From: an uncultured Acidimicrobiales bacterium
GTDB lineage: Bacteria; Actinomycetota; Acidimicrobiia; Acidimicrobiales; VFJN01
NCBI GenBank assembly: GCA_963842015.1
Contig: CAWJFG010000021.1
Span: 174,631-238,630, forward strand
Direction of reading: 5' to 3'
Length of the DNA stretch: 64,000 bases
The notes beneath the pieces are model-generated. The model searched no databases. It was not told the origin of the DNA and saw only the letters and a list, made by a program, of their open reading frames with translations. Positions 31,472 to 39,387 of the stretch are shown piece by piece (the first letter of the stretch is position 1; each line of letters opens with the position of its first letter). A program made the translations under genes and the position numbers.

Positions 31472-32358
31472 CGGCCCGCCGGGGCCCCGACGGGCCCGAC
31501 GGCGTCGCCGTCGTGGACAAGCCGGCCGGATGGACGTCGCACGACGTCGTGGCCAAGGCCCGCGGCCTGCTCGGCACGCGCAAGGTCGGGCACTCGGGCA
31601 CCCTCGACCCCGACGCCACGGGTGTGTTGGTGCTGGGCGTCGGGCGGGCCACCCGGTTGCTCACGTTCCTGTCGGGGCTCGACAAGCGCTATGTCGGCGA
31701 GGTCGTGCTGGGCACGGCCACGTCGACGCTCGACGCCTCCGGCGAGGTCACCGGCACGTGGGACATGGCCGCGGTCGGCCTGGCCGACGTGCGGGCGGCC
31801 GCAGCCCGCCTGACCGGGGCGATCGAGCAGGTGCCGCCGATGGTGTCGGCCAAGAAGGTCGACGGGCGCCGGCTCCACGAGCTGGCCCGGGCGGGCGTCG
31901 AGGTCGAGCGGGCGGCGGTGCCGGTGCGGGTCGAGGCGTTCTCGGTGGGCGAGCCGGTGGCGCCCGGTGTCTACCCGATCGACGTGACCTGCTCGTCGGG
32001 CACCTACGTCCGCTCGCTGGCTGCCGACGTCGGGGCCGGGCTGGGCGGCGGCGCCCATCTGCGGGCCCTGCGGAGGCTGTCGGTCGGTCCGTACGGCCTC
32101 GACGAGGCGCTGGCCCTCGAGGAGCTGGCGCCCGAGCGCCTCCTCCCGCCGGCCGAGGCGCTGCGCGGTCGCCCGCAGGTGACCGTCGACGACGACGTCG
32201 CCGCGCTGGTCCGCAACGGCCGGGTCTTCGACGACGCGGTTCTCGGCGCGACGGGGGAGGGGCCGTGGGGGGTGCTCGGCGCCGATGGTTCGCTGCTCGC
32301 CGTGTACGAGCGCCACCGTCCCGGCACGGTGAAGCCGGCGGTGGTCCTGGCCACCTGA
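31468..32358 (+). CDS. truB: tRNA pseudouridine55 synthase TruB
   Basis: GTG 31468 overlaps the rbfA stop. Contains KPAGWTSHDVV, GHSGTLDPDATGVLVLGVG and QVPPMVSAKK. Confidence 0.93.
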   Translation: MTARRGPDGPDGVAVVDKPAGWTSHDVVAKARGLLGTRKVGHSGTLDPDATGVLVLGVGRATRLLTFLSGLDKRYVGEVVLGTATSTLDASGEVTGTWDMAAVGLADVRAAAARLTGAIEQVPPMVSAKKVDGRRLHELARAGVEVERAAVPVRVEAFSVGEPVAPGVYPIDVTCSSGTYVRSLAADVGAGLGGGAHLRALRRLSVGPYGLDEALALEELAPERLLPPAEALRGRPQVTVDDDVAALVRNGRVFDDAVLGATGEGPWGVLGADGSLLAVYERHRPGTVKPAVVLAT

Positions 32359-32485
32359 GCCCGCAGATCACACCGGACGGTTCGCATCCCGCACGAGGCC
32401 AGGCGCTGGACCCAGATGTGACACACCGTCAGGTTTCGGTAGGGTCGCCCCGGCTCCACGGTCCGGAGCCGGAGGAGGGACGACC

Positions 32486-33655
32486 GTGACCGACGCCCAG
32501 GCACCCGATCCGTTCGCGCCCGCCACCCTCGGCCCCGTGCGGCTGCGCAACCGCATCGTCAAGGCGGCCACGTTCGAGGGCCTGACCCGCGAGCACGTGG
32601 TCAACGACGAGCTGATCGCCTTCCACCGGAAGGTGGCCGCCGGGGGCGTCGGCATGACGACCCTGGCCTACTGCGCGGTGGCACCCGACGGCTGCGGCAC
32701 CCCCAACGAGCTGATCCTCACCCCCGAGATGACCTCTGGTCTGGCCCGCCTGGCCGACGCCGTGCACGACGAGGGCGCGGCGGTGTCGGCCCAGCTCGGG
32801 CACGCCGGCGCGGTGGCGGCCGGCACCGGGCTGCCGGGGCTGTCCCCGTCGCCCGTGTTCAGCCCGCTGGCCATGAAGCGCACCAAGGCGGTGTCGGTCG
32901 ATCGGCTGCGCGGGATCGTCGACGACTTCGCCGCCGCGGCCCGGGTCGTGGCCGACGCGGGGTTCGACGCCGTCGAGGTCCACCTCGGGCACGGCTACCT
33001 GCCGAGCGAGTTCCTCAGCCCCCGCCTCAACAAGCGCACCGACGAGTGGGGCGGGTCGCTCGAGAACCGCGCCCGCTTCCCGCGGGCGATCGTCACCGCC
33101 GTGCGGGAGGCGGTGGGGGACCGGCTGGCGGTGCTGGCCAAGCTGAACATGGCCGACGGCGTCCGGGGCGGGCTGTGGCTCGACGAGAGCGTCGAGGTCG
33201 CCCGCATGCTCGAGGCCGACGGCGGGCTCGACGCCATCGAGCTGACCGCCGGCAGCTCGCTGCAGAACCCGATGTACCTGTTCCGGGGCGAGGCACCGGT
33301 GGCGGAGATGTCCCGGGCCATGCCCAAGGCCATCCGCCCGGCGTTCCGGCTGTTCGGCAAGGCGTTCCTCCACGAGTACCCCTACACGGAGGCGTACCTG
33401 CTGCCCTACGCCCGCCAGTTCCGGGCCGCGCTGTCGATGCCGCTCGTGCTGCTCGGCGGCGTCAACCGGATCGACACGGTGCAGGGCGCGATGGCCGAGG
33501 GCTTCGAGTTCGTGGCGATGGGCCGGGCGCTGCTGCGCGAGCCCGATCTCGTGAACCGGTGGCGGGCCGGCGCCACCCACGAGTCGCTCTGCGTGCACTG
33601 CAACAAGTGCATGGCCACGATCTACCGCGGCACCCGCTGCGTGCTCGTCGAGTGA
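32486..33655 (+). CDS. NADH:flavin oxidoreductase (Old Yellow Enzyme family)
   Basis: 389 aa: LRNRIVKAATFEG, GFDAVEVHLGHGYLPSEFLSP, and a C-terminal HCNKC motif. Confidence 0.85.
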   Translation: MTDAQAPDPFAPATLGPVRLRNRIVKAATFEGLTREHVVNDELIAFHRKVAAGGVGMTTLAYCAVAPDGCGTPNELILTPEMTSGLARLADAVHDEGAAVSAQLGHAGAVAAGTGLPGLSPSPVFSPLAMKRTKAVSVDRLRGIVDDFAAAARVVADAGFDAVEVHLGHGYLPSEFLSPRLNKRTDEWGGSLENRARFPRAIVTAVREAVGDRLAVLAKLNMADGVRGGLWLDESVEVARMLEADGGLDAIELTAGSSLQNPMYLFRGEAPVAEMSRAMPKAIRPAFRLFGKAFLHEYPYTEAYLLPYARQFRAALSMPLVLLGGVNRIDTVQGAMAEGFEFVAMGRALLREPDLVNRWRAGATHESLCVHCNKCMATIYRGTRCVLVE

Positions 33656-33773
33656 GGCCGACCCCGTCCGAGCGGTCCTGACCTGGACCGATGGCCCCGC
33701 TCGCAGCGTCGCACCGCGGGGTCGGTCCCGCTGGGTAGGGTCGGTGGCGCTTCCAGCCGACCCGGGAGGCGTC

Positions 33774-35159
33774 ATGTCCGAACCGTCTGCAACGCCGCAG
33801 ATCGCCGACTCGCTCGTCGACCTCATCGGGGACACGCCGCTGTTGCGGCTGAACCGGGTGACCGACGGCCTGACGTGCACCGTGGCGGTCAAGCTCGAGA
33901 TGCTCAACCCCGGCGGGAGCGTGAAGGACCGCCCGGCCCTGGCCATGATCGAACAGGCCGAGCGCGCCGGCGAGCTGAAGCCGGGCGGCACCATCGTCGA
34001 GCCGACGTCGGGCAACACCGGGGTCGGGCTCGCCATCGTGGCGGCCCAGCGCGGGTACGACTGCATCTTCGTGGTCACCGACAAGGTGGCGCCCGAGAAG
34101 ATCCACCTGCTCGAGGCGTACGGGGCCCGCGTGATCGTGTGCCCCGTGGCCGTCGCCCCCGAGGATCCGCAGTCCTACTACTCGGTGGCCGAGCGGCTGG
34201 TGGCCGAGACGCCCGGCGCCTTCCGCCCCAACCAGTACGGCAACGAGTGGAACCCCTGGGCGCACGAGCAGACCACCGGCCCCGAGATCTGGCGGCAGAC
34301 CGCGGGCCGCATCACCCACTTCGTGGCCGGCGTGGGCACCGGCGGCACCATCACCGGCGTCGGCCGGTACCTCAAGGCGCAGAGCCCGGGCGTGCAGATC
34401 GTCGGCGCCGACCCGGCGGGATCGGTGTACTCGGGCGGGTCGGGTCGCCCGTACCTGGTGGAGGGCATCGGCGAGGACTTCTGGCCCACCACCTACGACC
34501 CCTCGCTGGTCGATCGGGTGGTGCCGATCACCGACGAGGACAGCTTCCTCATGGCCCGGCGGGTGACGTGCGAGGAAGGCCTGCTCATCGGCGGCTCGGG
34601 CGGCACCGCGGTGGCCGCCGCCCTCGAGGTCGGGCGCGAGCTCGGCCCCGACGACCTGGTGGTCGTGCTCATCCCCGACTCGGGGCGCGGCTACCTGTCC
34701 CGGGTGTTCGACGAGGACTGGATGGCGGGCTACGGGTTCGTGCGGGCCGAGGGCCACACGGTCGCCGACGTCCTCGAGACGCGGGGTGGTGCCATCCCGC
34801 CGCTCGTCTACGTGTACCCCACCGACAGCGGCCAGCGGGCGGTGAACATGATGCGGGGCTACGGGCTGTCGCAACTGCCGGTGGCCAAGGGCGAGATGCC
34901 CCTGGCCGCGGCCGAGATCGTGGGGGCGGTCGACGAGCTCGCCCTGATGGAGCTGGCGTTCCGTGACCCGCACGTGCTCGACGAGCCGGTCGAGAAGGTC
35001 ATGGGGGACCGGTTGCCCACCATCGGCATCGGCCAACCGATCGCGCTGGCGGTCGAGCTGCTCGACCGGGCCCCCGCGCTGGTGGTGCTGGCCGGCGGGC
35101 GACCGCGGGCGGTGCTGGGGCGGGCCGACGTGCTCGAGCACCTGTCGAGGGCGTCGTGA
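33774..35159 (+). CDS. cbs: Cystathionine beta-synthase (PLP cysteine-synthase fold plus C-terminal CBS pair)
   Basis: ATG 33774 follows GGGAGG. Contains NPGGSVKDRPALAMI, EPTSGNTGVGLA and a tandem CBS-domain C-terminus. Confidence 0.88.
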   Translation: MSEPSATPQIADSLVDLIGDTPLLRLNRVTDGLTCTVAVKLEMLNPGGSVKDRPALAMIEQAERAGELKPGGTIVEPTSGNTGVGLAIVAAQRGYDCIFVVTDKVAPEKIHLLEAYGARVIVCPVAVAPEDPQSYYSVAERLVAETPGAFRPNQYGNEWNPWAHEQTTGPEIWRQTAGRITHFVAGVGTGGTITGVGRYLKAQSPGVQIVGADPAGSVYSGGSGRPYLVEGIGEDFWPTTYDPSLVDRVVPITDEDSFLMARRVTCEEGLLIGGSGGTAVAAALEVGRELGPDDLVVVLIPDSGRGYLSRVFDEDWMAGYGFVRAEGHTVADVLETRGGAIPPLVYVYPTDSGQRAVNMMRGYGLSQLPVAKGEMPLAAAEIVGAVDELALMELAFRDPHVLDEPVEKVMGDRLPTIGIGQPIALAVELLDRAPALVVLAGGRPRAVLGRADVLEHLSRAS

Positions 35160-36325
35160 GCGACCGGGCCGACCGGACATCCGAGCGCTGGGGCTTCGAG
35201 ACCCGCGCCATCCACGCGGGCCAGGAGCCCGACCCGGTCACGGGCGCGGTGGTGCCGCCCATCAGCCTGTCGACCACGTTCGCCCAGGGGGGCGTCGGCC
35301 GACACGCGGGCTACGAGTACTCGCGCAGCGCCAACCCCACCCGCGCCGCGCTCGAGGCGTGCCTCGCCTCGCTCGAGGGCGCCCGCCACGGGTTCGCGTT
35401 CGCGTCGGGGCTGGCGGCCGAGGATGCGGTGCTCCGCCAGCTCCGGCCCGGCGCCGGCGTGGTGCTGGGCGGCGACGCCTACGGGGGCACGTTCCGCCTC
35501 ATCGACAAGGTGTACGGGGCCGCCGGGCACCCGTGGCACGCGGTCGACCTGACCGATCCCGTCGGTCTGGCGCGGGCCTGGCCCGAGGGCACCGCGATGG
35601 TGTGGGCCGAGACGCCCACCAACCCGGCGATGGCGGTCGTCGACATCGCCGCGGTGGCCGAGGTCGCCCACGACCACGGAGCCCTGCTCGTGGTCGACAA
35701 CACGTTCGCCACGCCGTACCTGCAACAGCCCCTGGCCCTCGGCGCCGACGTGGTGGTCCACTCGTCGACCAAGTACCTCGGCGGTCACTCCGACGTCGTC
35801 GGGGGCTTCGCGGCGCTGAACGACGAAGACCTGGCGTTCGGGCTGGGGTTCACCCAGAACGCGGTGGGCGGCATCCCGTCGCCCGTCGACTGCTACCTCG
35901 TCCAACGGGGGGTCAAGACGCTGGGGGTCCGCATGGACCGCCACTGCGACAACGCCCGTGCCGTCGCCGAGGCGCTCGTCGGCCACCCCGCGGTCGAGCG
36001 GGTGCTGTGGCCCGGGCTGCCCGAGCACCCGGGCCACGACGTGGCCAAGCGGCAGATGCGCGACTTCGGCGGGATGGTCTCGTTCGTGGCGCGGGGCGGT
36101 GAGGACGCCGCGGTGGCGTTCTGCGAGCGCACCGAGGTCTTCACGCTGGCCGAGTCGTTGGGTGCGGTCGAGTCCCTCGTCGAGCACCCGGCCCGGATGA
36201 CCCACGCGTCCGCCGCCGGGTCGCCGCTCGAGGTCCCGGCGGGGCTGGTGCGCCTCTCGGTCGGCATCGAGTCGGTGTCCGACCTCGTCGCCGACGTCCG
36301 CCAGGCGCTACACGGGGTGACCTAA
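35156..36325 (+). CDS. Cystathionine gamma-lyase/gamma-synthase family PLP enzyme
   Basis: GTG 35156 overlaps the cbs stop. Contains RAIHAGQEPDPVTGAVVPPI and VVHSSTKYLGGHSDVVGG (PLP lysine). Confidence 0.88.
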   Translation: MSDRADRTSERWGFETRAIHAGQEPDPVTGAVVPPISLSTTFAQGGVGRHAGYEYSRSANPTRAALEACLASLEGARHGFAFASGLAAEDAVLRQLRPGAGVVLGGDAYGGTFRLIDKVYGAAGHPWHAVDLTDPVGLARAWPEGTAMVWAETPTNPAMAVVDIAAVAEVAHDHGALLVVDNTFATPYLQQPLALGADVVVHSSTKYLGGHSDVVGGFAALNDEDLAFGLGFTQNAVGGIPSPVDCYLVQRGVKTLGVRMDRHCDNARAVAEALVGHPAVERVLWPGLPEHPGHDVAKRQMRDFGGMVSFVARGGEDAAVAFCERTEVFTLAESLGAVESLVEHPARMTHASAAGSPLEVPAGLVRLSVGIESVSDLVADVRQALHGVT

Positions 36326-36428
36326 CCCGATCGCGTGCGGGGGCGGCGAGCGGCGCCCGGTACGCTGCCGCCCCGATGGAGGTGCTGCGCGACCCGTCCG
36401 CCTGCCCGCGTCCCCCGAGGGCACGGCG

Positions 36429-37340
36429 GTGACCATCGGGGCCTACGACGGCGTCCACCTCGGCCACCGGGCCGTCATCGCCGAGGTGCGTCGACGGGCC
36501 GGGGCGCGCGGCCTCGCCACGGCGGTCGTGACCTTCGATCGCCACCCGGCGTCGGTCGTGCGGCCCGAGTCCGCGCCCCGCCTCCTCACCGACCTCGACC
36601 AGAAGCTCGAGCTGCTGGCCGAGACCGGCGTCGACTACTGCCTGGTCATCACGTTCGACGAGGCCCGCAGCCGCGAGACGGCCGCCGAGTTCGTGCGCGA
36701 GGTCCTCGGGCGGTGCCTCGGCGCCCGGGTCGTCGTGGTCGGCGACGACTTCCACTTCGGGCACGGCCGATCCGGCAACGTGGCCCTCCTGCGTGAGATG
36801 GGCGCCGACCTCGGGTTCGACGTCGAGGGGCTCGACCTCGTCGGCACCGACGGGCGTCCCGCAGGCGATGCCGACCGGGTGTCGTCGACCCGCATCCGCC
36901 ACGCGCTCGCCGAGGGCGACCTGGCGCTCGCCAACGTCCTGCTCGGCCGGCCCTACGAAGTCCGGGGCGTCGTCGCCCGGGGCGACAAGCGGGGTCGTGA
37001 GCTGGGGTTCCCCACCGCCAACGTGTCGGTGCCCGGCGACGTGCTGCTGCCCGCCGACGGCATCTACGCCGGCTGGTTCGAGCGGCCCGACGGTTCGGTC
37101 CATCCCACCGCGATCTCGTTGGGCCGGCGGCCCACGTTCTACGCCGAGGCCCACGCCAGCCTGCTCGAGGCCCACCTCCTCGACTTCTCCGGAGGTTTGT
37201 ACGACGAGCACGCCAAGGTGCGGTTCGTGGCCTGGCTGCGCGGCGAGGCCAAGTTCGACTCGGTCGACGAGCTGATCGCCCAGATCGGGCGCGACTGCGA
37301 CGAGGCCCGCCGCGTCCTGGGCGTCGCCCCGCCGCCCTGA
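36429..37340 (+). CDS. ribF: Bifunctional riboflavin kinase/FAD synthetase. The annotated GTG start lacks the usual N-terminal strand (see finding)
   Basis: VTIGAYDGVHLGHRAVI, VVVGDDFHFGHGRSGN, GDKRGRELGFPTAN. Confidence 0.9.
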   Translation: MTIGAYDGVHLGHRAVIAEVRRRAGARGLATAVVTFDRHPASVVRPESAPRLLTDLDQKLELLAETGVDYCLVITFDEARSRETAAEFVREVLGRCLGARVVVVGDDFHFGHGRSGNVALLREMGADLGFDVEGLDLVGTDGRPAGDADRVSSTRIRHALAEGDLALANVLLGRPYEVRGVVARGDKRGRELGFPTANVSVPGDVLLPADGIYAGWFERPDGSVHPTAISLGRRPTFYAEAHASLLEAHLLDFSGGLYDEHAKVRFVAWLRGEAKFDSVDELIAQIGRDCDEARRVLGVAPPP

Positions 37341-37486
37341 GCGCGCCCCGCGACCCCGGGCGTGGCCGTGCGCCCCGGACGGTCGACATCGAGTCGTCAC
37401 GCCGACGGAACGCGAACCCGTTCCTGTCACGGCTTATCGTGTAAGCCATCGCCGCCACGGGCGGCGCGGGCACCCGAGGGCAGATC

Positions 37487-38707
37487 GTGGCGCAGGACGA
37501 AACCAGCGGCGACGAAGGCGAGTCGCTGGCCGACGTCATCCCGCTGGCGCAGCCTGCGTCCCCGCCGCCGCCCGGGTCGCCGGGATCCGACGTCCCACGC
37601 GGGGCGCTGCTGCCGGTCGAGGAGCTGCCGGGCGACCCCGGCGACCCGATCGAGGGGCCCGGCCGAGCCGCCGAGACCGACCAGCTGGTGGCCGTACCCC
37701 GGCTCGCTCGCCACGAGATCGTGCTCGACGACGACCACCGGGTCGGGGTCGCGGTGTGCGGTCGCGGGCTGCCCGTGGTGCTCGTCCACGGCTTCACGGC
37801 CGAGGGCATCCTCTACGCCCAGACGCTGTCGCGCCTCGTGGGCATGGGCTTCAAGGTGGTGGCCGTCGACGTCGCCGGCCACGGGGCGACGCAGGGGCTT
37901 CCCACCGGCGGCGACGACCTCGAGTCCTACACCCAGCTGCTGGCCCGGGTGCTCGCCGAGCTCGGCATCCGCCGGGCCGTGTTCGCCGGGCACTCGATGG
38001 GCGGGCGGCTCGTGACCCAGCTCGCCGCCCGCGACCCCGACCGGGCGATCGCGGTGGTGCTCATCGACGCGGTGGTGGGCGACTGCTGGGACCGGCTGAT
38101 CAAGGTCTCGCGCTTCGCGCCGCCGGTGCTGATCGGGCTGGCGGCCCTGCTCGTGGCCGACACCCTCTCGACGCTGCCGTGGCTGCGCAACCCGGCGCAG
38201 GCCGCCAAGCTCGGGCGCCTCATCTGGCCGACCCTCCTCGGCCACGCCACCCACCCGTGGCGCATGCTCGGCCCGGCGATCTCGATGATGCGCTCCGAGC
38301 CCAGCGGCGAGATGCTCGAGGGCCTCGGAGAGGCGGGCATACCCGTCGTCGTGATCCACGGCGACCGCGACATGCCCGTCCCGTACGCCACCGCGGTCGA
38401 CGCCGCCCGCCGCTCGTCGGGCACCCTGGTCACGGTGAAGGGCGGCACCCATTCGTGGGTGCTGAAGGACCCCGAGACGCTGCCGGCCATCATCGCCCAG
38501 CTGCTCGACGGGCCGCTGGCCCGGGTCCGCGCCGCGGCGCTCGGCGCCGCGGGGCTCCGGTCCGACGCCACGCCCGAGCAGATCGAGTCGGCGTTCCTCG
38601 GGCCGCACGCCTGGGTCCGGCGCCTGACCCCGCCGCTCGAGCTGCGGACCGGCACCGAGCACCACCGGGTGGCCCGCTACGAGTGGACCGTCGAACAACC
38701 CGCATGA
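37487..38707 (+). CDS. Alpha/beta hydrolase fold protein with Pro/acidic N-terminal region
   Basis: VVLVHGFTAEG, nucleophile elbow FAGHSMGGRL, VVIHGDRDMPVP; 406 aa. Confidence 0.75.
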   Translation: MAQDETSGDEGESLADVIPLAQPASPPPPGSPGSDVPRGALLPVEELPGDPGDPIEGPGRAAETDQLVAVPRLARHEIVLDDDHRVGVAVCGRGLPVVLVHGFTAEGILYAQTLSRLVGMGFKVVAVDVAGHGATQGLPTGGDDLESYTQLLARVLAELGIRRAVFAGHSMGGRLVTQLAARDPDRAIAVVLIDAVVGDCWDRLIKVSRFAPPVLIGLAALLVADTLSTLPWLRNPAQAAKLGRLIWPTLLGHATHPWRMLGPAISMMRSEPSGEMLEGLGEAGIPVVVIHGDRDMPVPYATAVDAARRSSGTLVTVKGGTHSWVLKDPETLPAIIAQLLDGPLARVRAAALGAAGLRSDATPEQIESAFLGPHAWVRRLTPPLELRTGTEHHRVARYEWTVEQPA

Positions 38708-38892
38708 CGGCGCGGCGAGCGGAAATCGCCGCTCAGCGCGCGCTGCTGGTACCCTGACTCGACGCTCTGGACCAGGCGCAGGTCGCCGCAGGCGCGTTGC
38801 ATGAGCAGCGCGAGCTGCGTTCGCCCTCGGCACTCCCAGCCGAGCCGGTCGCGGAGCAGGGTAAACAGTCACCCGAACGAAGGAAATCACGC

Positions 38893-39165
38893 GTGTCAGA
38901 CCAGATCGATGCCGCCAAGGGCGGGATCATCGACGAGAACAAGCTCCACGACTCCGACACCGGGTCGCCCGAGGTGCAGATCGCGCTGCTCACCGCACGC
39001 ATCAACCACCTCAACGACCACCTGTCGAAGCACAAGAAGGACCACCACAGCCGGCGCGGCCTGCTGATGCTGGTGGGCCGCCGTCGCCGACTGCTCGACT
39101 ACGTGCGGTCGAACGACGTCGAGCGCTACCGGGCGATCATCGCCAAGAACGGTCTGCGCCGCTGA
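38893..39165 (+). CDS. rpsO: 30S ribosomal protein S15
   Basis: GTG 38893 follows GAAGGAAA. Contains [47 protein letters not shown]. Confidence 0.93.
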   Translation: MSDQIDAAKGGIIDENKLHDSDTGSPEVQIALLTARINHLNDHLSKHKKDHHSRRGLLMLVGRRRRLLDYVRSNDVERYRAIIAKNGLRR

Positions 39166-39178
39166 CGCCAGAACGCTC

Positions 39179-39204
39179 AGGAGCGGCCCCCACGGGCCGC
39201 TCCT
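39179..39204 (+). terminator. Perfect 11-bp hairpin 14 nt after the rpsO stop (terminator or RNase III-type processing stem of the pnp leader)
   Basis: AGGAGCGGCCC-CCAC-GGGCCGCTCCT. No U tract follows. Confidence 0.5.
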
Positions 39205-39387
39205 GCCGCATCTGGCCCCCATCCGTCCGCCGCCGGCCGATCCGGCGACGGGCCTGACAACAGAAAACAGGCAGCGAGAAGGTCAGCTGCCAGTCGCCGT
39301 CCTCCGCAGATCCGCGGTGGTTGCCGACTGGGAACTGGCCCCGCCGCCCGATCCGGCGGAGGATCCGCCGGGAAGGAGTGCAGCCAC

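Noticed and set aside
33656-33773. Possible SAM-type riboswitch upstream of cbs. Nested stems are present, for example CCGACCCCG...CGGGGTCGG and CGGTCC-N6-GGACCG.
   Set aside because: I could not recognise the conserved core sequences of SAM-I, SAM-II or SAM-IV elements. Stems of this kind arise readily in 70% GC DNA. An Infernal/Rfam scan would be needed.
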